Shown: piece by piece, positions 21,161 to 34,074 of the stretch | How the letters are laid out: the number at the start of each line of letters is the position of its first letter | Position numbering within the stretch: the first letter of the stretch is position 1 | NCBI GenBank assembly: GCA_023205875.1 | Contig: CP060755.1 | Location: 310,001 to 374,000, forward strand | DNA length: 64,000 bases | Origin: Chloropicon primus | Taxonomy: Eukaryota | Reading direction: 5' to 3' | The notes under the pieces: generated by a model | Told to the model about the DNA's origin: nothing | The model's database searches: none | Seen by the model: only the letters and a program-made list of their open reading frames with translations | Made by a program: the position numbers and the translations under genes

Positions 21161-22624
21161 ATGGGTGGCAAAGACGAGACGCCGCCTTTCAAGGCTCCGA
21201 ACTATTTTTCGGAGAACAGCCAGTGCGACGGAAGTGAGAAGAAGCTCAGCTTCTCGGCTGCGTGGACATCTCATCGCACTGCTTGGAAGGAGAAGAGAAG
21301 GAAAGAGTTTCAAGCACCTCTCACAAGCGTCCCCAAAGAGAAAGCCAAGGTGGAAGAGAAGCGGTATGCCCTCGAATCGATCGATAACATCAACGTCCTT
21401 TTGACGAGGTTTCGGTCCGCCATGGGCGAGCTGGGCCTGCCTGAGCGACCAGAAGCTGCTCGGGAAAGGACTCCTTCCAGTGAGGTGGCTTCAAGCCCAG
21501 AGAGGCAAAGCAATCTGTGCAAGGAAACTCTGAGCACGCTCGAGGAGCTTGGGAGCGCCCTGGAGGCCGTCGAAGAGAAGGCGGTTGCATTAGACACGCC
21601 AAAGCCAGAGCCCGCGATGGATGATGAGGTGTCACGAGAGACCCTGGAGGCAGCAGGGGAGGGAGTCCACGAGAAGACCGAAGTGCACCTCGAGCAACCA
21701 GGGACTTTGACGCGGAATCAAAAGGAGAGACTGAAGGAGCTGCGACGGAAGCAGCAGCAAAATGCCCAGCAGCAAGCAGAGCCGGAGAACAAAGTCGAGG
21801 AGGAGGAGGGGATGTTGGCGTCCTCTGGCAGGCAAGCAGAGAAGGAGGAGGAGGAGGGTTGCAATGGCACGGAAAGCTTTCCTGCAATGGATGTAGCGAT
21901 GTGGATAGAGAGAAGACGGCGGTATCATCTACGGAAGCAGAGGTTCAAGAGGTGGAAGGAGGCCACTGAGCTGGCCAAGGAATCGAAAAGCCTCTCCAGG
22001 GCAAGCACCCCCGATCCAGAGATCTTCATGCTTCGGAATCAACTCGAAGCGCTGATGGTGGACAAGACTACGCTCAAGGAAGCGAATGCCCAGCTCGTCC
22101 GGCAGAATGACAACCTGCACGAGATCGTCTCTTACATCTCCGCAGCGAACTCCCCCTTCCTGATCCAGCAAAGAAATGGGCAGCTCCAGGTGCAGGTCTG
22201 CTCCTCCAAGGAAGGACCTCAACGGGGCAGGTCGTGGAGTGGAGTCGCTTCCCCGAGGGCGAGGATCGATCCCGGGTCGCCAGGGACGCCGGGGACGCCA
22301 AAGACTCCCAGGACCCCGGCCAAGCTGGCCATCTCCACGCCCGGGACCGCGAGCGAGTTCTACACTCCCTTGCAGACACCGTACCGGTCTCCCTCGCAGG
22401 CGAGTACAACAACAAAGCACACAAAAAACCAGACGGCTGAGAAGTTCTACAAGGCGATGACCCAGACAGCCTCCACAGGCAAGTCAAGGCGTGCTCTCCG
22501 CTTCCCTGTCGAAGACAACCCCCCGCAACAGCAACAGCAACAGCAACAACAGAATCATCAGGAGGACCTCCCGCTCAAAGGAAAAAAGGCAATCGACTTC
22601 TATCGACGAAGCCAATTTGGATAA
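21161..22624 (+). CDS. Hypothetical coiled-coil protein
   Basis: Long ORF with heptad segment LRNQLEALMVDKTTLKEANAQLVRQNDNLHEIV and Pro/Thr-rich tail. Confidence 0.6.
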   Translation: MGGKDETPPFKAPNYFSENSQCDGSEKKLSFSAAWTSHRTAWKEKRRKEFQAPLTSVPKEKAKVEEKRYALESIDNINVLLTRFRSAMGELGLPERPEAARERTPSSEVASSPERQSNLCKETLSTLEELGSALEAVEEKAVALDTPKPEPAMDDEVSRETLEAAGEGVHEKTEVHLEQPGTLTRNQKERLKELRRKQQQNAQQQAEPENKVEEEEGMLASSGRQAEKEEEEGCNGTESFPAMDVAMWIERRRRYHLRKQRFKRWKEATELAKESKSLSRASTPDPEIFMLRNQLEALMVDKTTLKEANAQLVRQNDNLHEIVSYISAANSPFLIQQRNGQLQVQVCSSKEGPQRGRSWSGVASPRARIDPGSPGTPGTPKTPRTPAKLAISTPGTASEFYTPLQTPYRSPSQASTTTKHTKNQTAEKFYKAMTQTASTGKSRRALRFPVEDNPPQQQQQQQQQNHQEDLPLKGKKAIDFYRRSQFG

Positions 22625-22669
22625 GCTCGGGGGTCCAGATCGAAAAAGGTCCAGTGACGACGGTTTGGG

Positions 22670-23185
22670 ATGGAGACGAGGCTAGAGTACGACAACAAGA
22701 GGCGTTCGTTGAGCCTGGTCGCCAAGGAGCGGTTCGTTAGCGACGACAGCGTCGTGCTCACGGTGCAGGGGAGGCTGAATACGAAGACGGGGGCATGCGA
22801 GGGAAAACTTGCTTTGAAGAAAAAGTTCTTCCCGGAGGCAACGAATAAGTGGTACACTCGCGCAGACTTGGGGGCGTCGTACCAGACGAAGACGGATGAG
22901 ATAGAGTATGGCGTCGAGGCCAAGAAGTCTTTCGAGCTGACGGATGACGGCCTTCTCAAGCTCGACGTCAATGGCGGCCTCCACATGTCCGCAGCGAGGA
23001 GGCGGACCTGGACGGGAAAGGTGGAGGTCAGCCAAAAGATCTTCAACTTCACGGAAGACCAGGACCTTAAGATAAGCGTTGGGTACGACGTGGCTGGGCT
23101 CAAGCCGTACGGGCAAGTGAGGGAAAACAATTGGACGCTGGACACGGACTTCAGGCGGAACTGGTCCCTGAAGTACGACCTGTGA
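22670..23185 (+). CDS. OEP21: Chloroplast outer envelope pore protein OEP21-like
   Basis: Begins METRLEY..AKE; ends PYGQVRENNWTL..WSLKYDL, typical of OEP21. Confidence 0.8.
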   Translation: METRLEYDNKRRSLSLVAKERFVSDDSVVLTVQGRLNTKTGACEGKLALKKKFFPEATNKWYTRADLGASYQTKTDEIEYGVEAKKSFELTDDGLLKLDVNGGLHMSAARRRTWTGKVEVSQKIFNFTEDQDLKISVGYDVAGLKPYGQVRENNWTLDTDFRRNWSLKYDL

Positions 23186-23346
23186 CAGCAGCCCGAGGTC
23201 GTCGTCGTCGTTGGCGGCAACACGGCTTGAAAGTAAAGAAAACATAAATACACCCGAAGTAAACAGATCATACCTCCCCCTTAGCCTCATAAACCAAAAC
23301 TGAGCCCCAAACTTATTTGGTTCGCCATTATTCAAACCACCATAAC

Positions 23347-25835
23347 TTATCTCTGCTTGGTTTCTTCGTCTGCAATATCCTCGGAAATGAAGTAGCTCGA
23401 CCTCCAAAAGTTCGCAGAGTTGAATTGGGGGTCAATCGCAGAAGCTTGGCCTGCCGTTCCATAAGGAGTGTCCGCTCTCTTCAGCTGCTGCTTTTCCTGA
23501 ATCAGTTTCAAGTCCACCTCTGCCCCTTGGCCTCCCGTGTCATCACCCTCCTCGAGCTCTTGGGAGGAGATCAACACCATGTTATCGTCCTCTTCAGTCT
23601 GCTCTTCTGTCGGACCGAGGCCGAGGCCTTGGAAAGAGCCCACTACCTCCACAGTATCATACACGTCGTCGTCGTCGTCGTCGTCGTCGTCGAGACCGTT
23701 CATGTCATCGAAATCATCATTGTTGTCGTCGTACCTGTCGTTATCGTTGCTTGAGACACCCACACTCAATCCCGAGTAGAGAGAAAGGTCCACCGTGCTG
23801 CTACTTCCCATATCGCCCAAGATGTCGTTGACCCTGGAAGGCCTTCCGCATTCCCAAGAAGTCGGGTCCTCCAGCTTGTTCTGCACCACCAGGACATCAA
23901 CGACCCAAGAAGTCCACTGAAGATCATCCTCAAGCTTTTTCTCTATCTGGGTATCTGTAGCAGACAGGCTCAAGATCTGATTTGCGATCGTGGTGACCAG
24001 CCCAAAGTAGCCTGCCCTCAGGGGCTTGCTTTTCTTTGTCAACTCCACCATCGAGGAGTCTATTTCTGCGGGTGCGGCGGACAGCAGGTGGTGTATCTTG
24101 CAGCTGTCAATCAAAGCCATGATGACCTCCTTGTTCTCGGTCACCAGGAGACTGAAAACGATGTTCTGCACGACGTTGTGCAGAATGCTGTTGAAGGGCA
24201 TCTCGTACACGAGACTGAAGCAGGTCTGGATGAGATTGGTCTCCTGGACGATTCTGACACACCTTTCTGGCTCTACAATGTTCACAACCTTGGAGATGAG
24301 GTCCAAGATCTTCCACCGTCTCATACCCAGGCGGCTTGGGATCTTTCCATAGCTTGACTCAAAGGAATCTTCGCCCTGCACTGGCTTCAGCATCAAGCAC
24401 AACTCTGCCACCTTGTCCAAAAGCAGGTGGGCACAATCGACCATGCCCTGATCAACAGTCTCCTCCACTGCGACGGGCGAGAACCCGCCGTAGCTGATCA
24501 TAACATCTGGGGAGAGGCTGTGCTTCGCAGGCCTCGGCTGCAGCATCGCTGTAAGAATGTCCATCACGGCGATGAGAGAGGGGGGCGCGGAATCCTTGCT
24601 TATCACTCTGAGAAGTTGTTGAACAACTTTTTCCTCCTGGAGCATAGCGGCAATTGCACTCGGGCCCGTGCTCGCCACCCCGACCACGCAGCTCACAGCG
24701 TTCGTCAGGACGTGATGGTGAAGGGAATCCTTGCTCTCCCCCTCGCCCGTCGCTGTCACTTTCTCGACCAGGTAGTCGAGCAGGCTCGTGTTGACAAGCC
24801 ATTCGTTGCCCTGCTCCTTCTGGTACAAGGCGTTCTGTTCATCACCGTTAATAAGCCTCAGCACGAACTCTGTGACAGAGTAGCTGTACAGGTGCCTCAC
24901 CAGCTTCACCAAGACATCGGGGTGGGCCTGTATGAAATCGCTGACCTCGGTGGGCCGTCTTTGGTAGATGCTCACCATCACCCGGGAGTAGTAACCTGCA
25001 AGGACGCTTTCCAAGGGCGCTTCTTGGTCCAAAAAGGAGAAAAGATAGCCCAAGAAGGCCGATCCTTCTTCGTCCGAGACGAGCGACCCGATGATATCCT
25101 CCACCTCGCAACAGAATATCTCGCAGACTCTCTGGGAGGACTGCAAAGCGTAGTGCTGAAGCTCCTCTTCGCTCAAGGGCTCGATCTTCGGAGGTTCTGG
25201 GGTCGCATCCTGCCCAGCGCCTGCGGACGCCGCCGCGCCTTCCTCGGTCTTCCCCAAGGACAGCTCGCCCAGCTCCTCGCCCTGGCCGTTATCTCCACCG
25301 TCGCCGTTCGCGTCGCTGTCCTTGTCGTTTCCCGAGTGCTCCTCCTCCCACTCCCGCATCTGCTTCACCTGCATCTGCTTCTCCAGCTTCACGACGGCGC
25401 TGAACGGCTCGACCACGTACTTCATGAGCTCCCTCACCGTTTCCGGCTGCTTCAGGTAGTCTATCAACCTGTCGTTCATGGCCTTAACCTAATAGTTCCC
25501 GCGGACGGCAAAAGAAAGGGCAAAAGAGTCAGGATCTGTGTGTCCAACGCGAGGGTCTGGGCAGTTGCCCTTGGTCCTAACGACCGCCAAGCGGCAGCGG
25601 GGGAGGCAAGCGGAACCCATCGGGTGGCGCCCGAACAGCCCCGAAACAAGAACGAAGGACTCCCCCAAAGAAAGAAAGAAAAAACACCGACCGCCGAGGT
25701 CGTGGCCTCGGCCGTCAAGCGTACCTCCTGAATGACGTCTTCCTCCAGCAGGAGGTCCTCCAGGGTAAAATCATCCCTGTCAAGCAACTTCTCTATCGGA
25801 GACGCTTGCTCCTCCCCTTGCACGCGCCAGAACAT
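23347..25835 (-). CDS. SIT4-phosphatase-associated (SAPS) / PP6 regulatory subunit; intron 25489-25724
   Basis: MFWR..SPIEKLLD..FTLEDLLLEEDVIQE|VKAMNDRLIDYL, FNSILH, RAGYFG, FNSANFWR. Confidence 0.92.
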
Positions 25836-26670
25836 GGTGGCACGACTCGTCTCCTTCTGTCTGGGCCCTCGCTCCTTCACCCGCCGCTTCCCTCGCTGTT
25901 TTTTTGAAGAGAGAGAAGAGAAAGCTTGGGCGAGTCGGGAATTGAAAGTGAACAGTGAATGAAAGTGGGGATGGGTCTGCGAGGGACAAGGCAGATTGGC
26001 AGGACAGATTGTGTGAGCATGTCCCGCTGTCTATCCCAGTGCGCATCGTGTGGACCACAACGTTACGTTACAATGACTACACCTACACTTTACGATGGAT
26101 GACCGTGTTGGACTTTGGGGACAAATCGAGGGAAAGGTCTTTCAAGCTTCGAACTCCTCGGCGACGGCCAGCTTCACCTTGTGAGACCAGCGCTGCATTC
26201 TCTTGGCCCGATCCGAGGACGAGCTTTTTCCTGCGCTGCTCCCTCCAGGGGTACCGTTAAATCTCACGAGGTCCGAGTGGTTGGAACTTGAGAGGGGAGG
26301 GCCCAGCAACAACATAGTTACGCCGTGTCAGCGGTTGGTGGTCGAGTTTGTTGACGGCGAGACTTCTTACCTGTCGCTGTCGGAGACGCTCATCATCTCA
26401 GCGGAAGAGGAGCTCTGTTGAGGCGAGGCTCTTGAGTGCACCGGCTTTCCACGAGACTTTTTGTGCGGGCGGCGCGGCAAACAATCGCAGCGAGTCAGAG
26501 AATTTCAAAGGCAATCACAGTCACAAGCACGAAGCCTTACCTCAATTGGATGCAGAAGCTTGGAGATGGCGCTGAGAGTTCCGAAAACCTGCTCGTCCTC
26601 CCTGGCAAGCGGCAAATCAGACAAAAGTCAGGACAAGAGTCAGGAGTAAAAACGGGTCGGCGGGTTCAAC

Positions 26671-27674
26671 TCACCAAGAGGATCCGATCACGCCAAAGTG
26701 CTTGATCCTGGTCATGAGCTCCTCTTCCTCGTAGAAAACGACATCCTCGGTGCACTGGTCCAAGCTCTCGTTGCCAGAAAAGGACAGCTTCAGTGTGTTG
26801 AGGCCCGAGGCCAGGTCGGCGAGCAGGCCCTGCTTGTCCATGTGCGGCATGCCGATGATCTCCGCGTGGACAGTGGGGTCGATGAGAGTCAGCGCGGCCT
26901 TCTTCCCCGAGAACAAGTGGACCGCCGACTGCCCTTTTGCCTCCTCGATCTCGCTGATAAGCTCCTCTTCCCTCTCCCTCAGCTTTTCTCGCATCAAAGC
27001 GAACATTTGCTTGATCTTGATCTTCCTGCGCTCAAAGGCCACTTGAGTCTGCCCCCCCTCGTGGTCGATCTTGTCACGGATCGCCTTCTCCGCGTTCTGA
27101 AGGAAGGGGAGAGCGTCCCTCTCGCTTCCCCCGCTCACCCTGTTGCTGCCTGGCCTGGTGCCTCTTCCGGTGAGCCTTGTGCCCAAGTCGACGGCCCTCT
27201 GCGCCGCCTGGTTCGTCGCCGTGCCCCTCGTTTTGTTCCACGGGCTCTGCTTGCCGCTGCTCTTCGTGGTGGTCGCAAGGTCGCTCCAAAGCTCTGCGAT
27301 GGCCTTCTTTCCAGCCTTCTTCTTCGCGCCGGCTTTGCCCTCGCCGGGTCCCTTCTTTCTCGGCGATGGGACCGGAGCCTGAGAAGCCTGAGGAGAGGAG
27401 AGGAGAAGAAAGAGGGAGGGAGGGAGTCAGTCAAGGCCGCGAACGGGGGTCTCGAGATCGCTCGAACGAAGCGGCACGGCGCCAGTCCTCGCTCAGAAAA
27501 GGGGAAGAATCTCACTCGTTTGCTCCTTCTTACCTCGGCCTTCTTCTTGCCCCCGCCGTCCTCCCTCGACTTTCCCTTCGCGACGTCCTTGCGCCTTCCC
27601 TCCGCACCCCGCTTCGGGCCAGGCCCATCCACGCCCCCCCCGTTCCTCTTCGCTTCCCCGTCTCCTCTCGCCAT
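26671..27674 (-). CDS. Hypothetical basic / coiled-coil protein; intron ~27379-27533; 3' end uncertain
   Basis: Lys/Gly-rich N-terminus, then coiled coil IKQMFALMREKLREREEELISEIEE. Confidence 0.5.
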
Positions 27675-27955
27675 CACCTCGTACCACTCGTCAAGCCGCA
27701 TGCGCCAGCCGTTACCCCAGGGACCGAGCCAAACCCCGCGAAGCCTTACCTCTTCTCTTCCTCTTCTCCCCTCGAACTCGAACCGCGATGGCGTCTTGGT
27801 CAACGCGCGTCGTCAAGCCAATGCCAATCCAACCGGCGGGTTGGGCAGACCCTCCTCGTCGCGCTCGTCCTCAAGGACAAGGACCTCCTCTCCTCTTCGA
27901 TCGATCGACGGCAGTCTGAAAGAAGCCAAGTTCGCGCGTTTCGTTTTTCCTCGAG

Positions 27956-27991
27956 TTTTTAGGGTTTTAGGGTTTTAGGTTTTTAGGTTTT
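27956..27991 (+). repeat. Short interstitial telomere-like repeat (TTTTAGGG / TTTTTAGG x4)
   Basis: tttttagggttttagggttttaggtttttaggtttt. Confidence 0.7.
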
Positions 27992-28271
27992 AAATGGGAA
28001 TTTTTGTTCTGGCCTTATCAGATATTTAATATTACTGGAATTGTCATTGGTCAGTCAGCGGGGAGGGACGACCCCAGAAGCGACGAGGAAGGAAGCGACG
28101 CGGAGAGTGGGAAGCAAGAGTGTTGCGAGTGGGGGATGGGATTGTTCTGCTTTGAGGTTCTCACCGCACCTTGGAGGGGCGACGTTTCTTCGAGGGGAGG
28201 GGAAGAAATCTAGAAATCTTTTGCAGAGCAAGGGCGTGACCCTGCCGGTGGTTGGGCTTCGGGTGGCCACG

Positions 28272-31200
28272 ATGGTTGGGCTTCGGGTGGCCACGAGGGT
28301 GGCCTTCGTCATGGCCCTGACCCTGTTTTTGGCCCATGGTCCGACCTTTGGTGCGTGCAGCTCTTGGTCCTACTTCACGATAATAGGGAAGGACAACTCG
28401 CCCCTCAAAGTGGGATGTCAGGGTCAGGCATATCAAAGCTTACGGCCGTGGGGGAAGGGAGAAAAGATAGTCCAACTGGAAATAAACACGATCTGCAAAC
28501 AGCAAGAATGGCATAACTACTTCCACGACCTTGACAAGGAAACGGTAAGGCTGACTTTGCGACCACGACGGCCGCAGCGGTTTTTTTTTGTGTGTGTGCC
28601 CTTCACCCGTACTCACACCCTCACCCGCGCACGACTCTTCTTTGTTTTCTGAACGACACCAGGTGAAAGACAAGATCGTGCTTGTTCAGTTCTCAGACTG
28701 CCTCGAGACTTGGTTTCAGTACGAGCAGACCTTCTTCCACGTCACTGCGTACTTGTCGCTACAAACCCAAGCCCGTGGAATAATCATTGCAGAGCGCTAT
28801 CGTGGGAAGCTACCAGATAGCGTTGTGATAGAGGAAAAACTTCACGATTTCATGGATCCCGTTTGCATCATAACGGGCGAGTCGTATGAACAGATGATCG
28901 ACGCTTTCAGTACGAGCAAAAGTTTTGACGGCACTTTGGAAGCAGACATGTCCTCTGTCCTTTTTTTTAGTTCTGATACGAGCGACGAGGAGGAAGTGTC
29001 TGCATACGAGTCTTCTATACGCCAAGCGCTCAAGATGTGGGAGGCCATGTCGGGTTCAAATGCCGAGGCATTGCAAACTTTCACGGAGGCCTTTGAGTTT
29101 TACTATCCTCTCAAGCACTACCATAACGGCAGCTTGTTCGAGATGCCCCTGCGAAGAGCGGAAACCTTGGGGCCTCGCACTAGCCCTGAAATATCAGCGG
29201 AGCTCGTTGTGGCAGAGCTGACCGACGCCTGCTTCCAGGACAGTTACTCTGCGTGTTCTAGCTGTTTTCAGGCGAACAGTTCGGAGAGGTTCCAAAACGC
29301 GGAAGCGCTGGATGGAAAGGTTGCTCTTGTTCTTGTAGACGCCCCGTGGCTAGGTGTGCAAGGGTGTTTTCGCAACTATGAAGATTATCCCATCCTGCTG
29401 CAGGAACTAGGAGTGCGTGGGGTGATTCTCACAAGCACAAGCTTCAGCCTGCCACAGGAAGCGTGGCCTATGGTGGATGTGAAAATTCCCGTGTTTTCCA
29501 TACCATACAATTATGGTGTTTACTTGCGGAAAGGTTTTTTTGATGCAAGGCCCACGGACATGCTTGATGATGTCAGCGTTTTTCCTTTCCCCGAAGGAAA
29601 CACTGAGGTTGTCCTTCCAGAATACGGCGAGGAACTGGACTTGCAGAAAGCAATGATGATGAAGCTCCTGAACGAGTATCGCCACCTGCCACTTGGATGC
29701 ATGCCTACGACTGAAATTTGGCATACCAGAGAGAAAGGGTGGGACAATAACCAATGGACAGAAATGGCCAGGGTCGCGTTCGATGTGGGGGATGCTTTCG
29801 GGCATCTTTACTGCCAAGACAGTTCCTTTACAATCTGGGAAACAGCTCCTGAAAATCTTGACGACCAACGTACTCAGGGTGATGCAGGTGGTGTCCAGCC
29901 CCCCATTTTACACTACTCAACGTTTGTCGGCTCATTGGATTCTTTTTATTCGTCAGCTTACACCGGCAATTCCATAGAGAACCAAAGCTGTTTTGATTTT
30001 CCTGAGTCCGTGAGTGTGGGCAACGATGGTGTTGCGAAATGGGTGGGAATGAGGGTACTCCGCATGGAGCCCGCAGATCACTGCGTGCCTACGCCATATC
30101 ATTTGGAAAAACTCTCAAGAAAGATAGCTTTTTGCAGACAAGATTGTGGCACGAAAGGCTTCTTGAAACCACTTGAGAATGCCACGACGTTCGAAGATGT
30201 GGCTCTGTATATGGACGTTTCAGATCACCCGTGCTTGCCCACTGCAACCATGTACCTTGAACTTATTGAGGGACTTATCACAAAGGGTCAGACAAACGTC
30301 CGGGTGTTGCTCATTGCTCATGATTCCAAGATCATGACCTTTGACAACTCCACAAAGCCTAGCTTTCCAATCATCAATTTGGGAAAGAAGGCTATTTTGG
30401 GATTCAGGCAGTTTTTCTCTCAGCCAGACAGCAACAAAAAGGAAGTCTACATATCTCGAAACGCAGTGGAACGGGAATCTATTCCCTTTTTCAACTTGGA
30501 CTACATGAGGAACCTCCTGCTTTCCAATGCGTTGGTTGAAACGACGGCAGAAGGAAACGATCAAAGTCATGCTTACAAGCTCTTGTCAACTCCCTTGCGT
30601 GATTATTATGACACATTCGTAGACAAGTTGTGCAGTACAGGCAAGCTTAAAGCAGCAAGGATCATTCATCCACAGAGTTCTGAAAATTTTAGCGAACTTC
30701 ACGAGGAAACGTACCGTAGAACACCCATCGAGTTAGCCGGAGCAGCGAAGGAGAATGCCCCTGACGCTTTTGTTTCTGGCGAGGTGGTCCTTGTTGAAGC
30801 ACACATCAATTGCTCGATGTTGGATTGTAAAGATTGCCACGAGACGTTCAGTGACTATGATCTTAGGGGGAAGATTGCTTTCTTTCCATTCAGTGCTGCT
30901 GACGAGGGCTTCCTCGAAACTCTTAGTCCTTTTTTCAATGCAATCGATCAAAATGAAACGGTCCGAGAACTTTTGAGGCCACAGGAGGAATTTTTGGAAA
31001 GTTTCACCGAAGGAATGTTTGACGCATACCGTAGCTCTTGTCTCCGCCCTGTGTACAAATTGGTTGAGTTGTTGAAAGCCAGGGGAGCGAAAGCTGTTGT
31101 CTTCGGAAACTTCAAGTACCAGATTTTTGAAACGACTCTCCTCGGGAGTCAACAACAAGTTGGGACAAAAATCCCGGTGTTCAATATCAACAACATGGCA

Positions 31201-31710
31201 AGTGCTGAGTGGTACAGGATTTTGAAGCACACAAACGGGCGTCTCGTCGTGGACATTGGTAGCTGCACCCGCATTTCTGCGTTGACTCTAGGACACGACA
31301 TTCAACAGATCCGAAATCCTCACCCTCACCATACGAGTGAAGCACTTCACAGGACGGAGCGAGTTGGTGGAGCACTGCCTGGACAGGGAATGATTATCGC
31401 AACAAGTGAGGCCGAGGGCAACAAGGAAAAGGGAGGGGAGGACAGCGAGTGGGCTTACAAGCTTGCGCTTTGGTGCGGAGTTGCACTTGTGTGTGTTGCC
31501 GCCTTTGTCGTAGGCATGTTGATTAAGCACTACCGGGGAAGGCTCTCGCTGACCAGGGCAAGGGGGCAGACGGTCGATCTGTCAACGTTGCCAGCGGCCC
31601 AGAGGAATCAGAACACTCAGCAACGTAGTCCTTACGTCATCTACGAGCAAGGCACATACGGGTGGGGACCTTTCAGAGACAGAAGCCGAAGAAGTCGATC
31701 GTACCTATAG
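28272..31710 (+). CDS. Large type-I membrane protein with several PA (protease-associated)-like domains; intron 28545-28662
   Basis: Signal-like N-terminus; repeated PA-like motifs (LDGKVALV..GVRGVIL..IPVFSI; LRGKIAF..GAKAVVF..IPVFNI); TM LALWCGVALVCVAAFVVGMLI. Confidence 0.65.
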
Positions 31711-31816
31711 TGTAAAATAGAGTAAACTTTTTCATAATGTAGTTTGACAGTTTAAGGTTGACTGCGCCGGGATAGACATCAGCGGTAGTATGGCAAGTGG
31801 AGACAAAACCCGCTTT

Positions 31817-32599
31817 CTAGTCGCACTCCAGGTCCTCGGGATAGATAGGGTGACCCAGCGGGATCATGGACTTCTTGTCCTTATCCCTCGCCATTGCTTT
31901 CCTCATGTCGTACGCATCCTCTTCTGATCCATAATACCCAATGACATGGCGGTAAATGACGTACCCGAACTTCTTGTACATGTTTATGGCAAGCAAGTTC
32001 GATATTCTCACAAAGAGGTCTACAAAATACCCGTCGTGGACCTCCTCTGTCATGTCCTCCAGGTACTGTATAAGCATGGCGGCAAGGCCAAGCCTTCTGT
32101 ACCTTGGAGCCACCGTCACTGCGGAGATATGCCCGTGCCAATTCTCTCCGACTCCCTCCGCTTTTCCCATGATGTATCCCATGCACTCCCTGTTGGGAGA
32201 CTGTGCCCCGAGAAAGTACTCGGGCCATTGCGAAAGGTATTTGAGGTAAAAGCTCAGGTTGTACTGTTTTGCCCAAAGAGCAGAGCATGAAAGAAGAAAC
32301 GCGAGGTGTGAGCAAGGACTGAGCAAGGACCGTGCCGCGAATCGAGCGGGGCGAGTGGTAAGCCACCGAGCAAAGCCAGATCTGTTGCTCCCGGTTCGTC
32401 CAAGAAACGGGCTAAGACACGCGGTTGCCCCAAAGACCACCAGACGACCCTTAGGTGTATCATTCTGTGCACAAAACAACACACCCACCCAGGGCGAAGC
32501 CAGGTTCTAACTCCTACTTACCGTCTCCGTCAGCATATCAAGGTTGACATGGTTGAAGTTGAAGAGGTCATCCGTCACGAAACTCCTCACGGAACACAT
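31817..32599 (-). CDS. NAA20: N-terminal acetyltransferase NatB catalytic subunit; intron 32264-32521
   Basis: DDLFNFNHVNLD.LTET|YNLSFYL.YL..WPEY, WHGHISAVTVAPRYRRLGLA, FVDLFVR.SN, EDAYDMRK. Confidence 0.93.
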
Positions 32600-33091
32600 C
32601 CTGCCCCCCACTTGCTCCCTCCCTCGTCCCTTTGTCACAACAAAGTACAAGTTCCTCCTCCGCTCCTTCGAGGCAAGCGGGAGCGGTCTCCTTCGAAAGA
32701 CAAAATAGAGAGAAAGAGAGAGAGATGCCCCTTCCCCTTCGCCCTACCCTGCGCCGCTCCCTCCTGTCCCAACCTCCCTTCCCTTCCCTTCCTCCCCCTG
32801 TCCTCGCTCCTTTACACTTTGAACCCCGCGAGAGAGAGAGAGGGCAAACGAAACGAAAGCGGAGCGGAGCGGAGAGAGAGAAGACGTGGAGACGGACCTT
32901 GTGGACGAGCTGGTGCGGTGTTGTGCTTGTTTGTTTCTCTTGAAGAGGAGCGTGTTCTTGTCTTTGCGGGAGACGAAGCGTAACGGTGGCGAGCGAGAGT
33001 TTGGCGAGTTTCTGGACAGACTACGCGGGCTTTGGAGTGTGTGGTGTGTGTGGTGTGTGTGTGTGTGTGGTGTGTGTGAAGAGTCTATACT

Positions 33092-33866
33092 ATGGCGAAC
33101 CAAGGTATTCAGCCTGCGAAGCTCGTCCTTCTTGGGGACATGGGTGCAGGAAAGAGTTCCCTCGTGCTGAGGTTTGTCAAGGGGCAGTTCACGGACTATC
33201 AGGTACGGCGTTTTGTTGCGAAAGTTTCTTCCCTCACCCCCTTCCTTCTTGCCTGCCTCTCGCCCCGTCGAGGTTTTTTCTTAGCGGCTCGCGCCGCAGA
33301 AAGGGCCGCGGCCTCGCGCGAAGGCGTTCGTGACCTGACCACCTCGCTTCTGGTATTGGCTGTTCTCGTTCGTCCGTGCGCAGGAGTCGACCATAGGAGC
33401 GGCCTTCCTTACCAAGACGGTTCCAGAGTTTAAAGTGAAGTTCGAGATATGGGACACCGCGGGGCAAGAGCGGTACCACTCGCTCGCGCCCATGTACTAC
33501 AGGGGAGCCGCTGCTGCGATTATTGTATACGATATCACCTCGACGGACTCGTTCAATCGGGCGAAGAACTGGGTGAGAGAGCTTCAGAGGCAAGGCAACC
33601 CTGAGCTCATAGTGGCGCTGGCTGGCAACAAGGCGGATCTCGCTGGGCAGAGGGCGGTGGAGCCCGGCGAGGCTCAAGGTTACGCGGACGAAAACGGCCT
33701 GTACTTCATCGAGACCAGTGCCAAGACAAGCGTTAACGTTGGGGAGCTCTTCAACGAGATCGCCAAGAGGCTGCCCAAGCCAAAGCAGGTGGCAAAGGAG
33801 CCGGGAAGCGGCAACGTGGTGCTGACAAGAGACGCGCCGCCAAAGAAGAAACAGCAGTGCTGCTGA
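33092..33866 (+). CDS. Rab5/RabF2 small GTPase; intron 33203-33383
   Basis: [47 protein letters not shown]-terminal CC. Confidence 0.95.
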
Positions 33867-34074
33867 GCGGACCTGCTACTTGCATTGTTCCCCCTCGCGC
33901 GCCTTTTCTCTTCGACTTACGGTCTGGCTGTACATCACCAAAAAGATATCATAAAACACTGTGTTTCTGTTTCGGGGAGGGAGAGGACGTAGGGAAGAAT
34001 AACTTTACAATCTTGTTTACTATGACATTCTTACTGCCCAAAGAGTCTTTGCTTTCTTTGTGCCGACACGGCAC

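Noticed and set aside
25955..26705. Possible small spliced gene on the + strand
   Set aside because: Short ORFs without a recognisable domain or a confident splice path.
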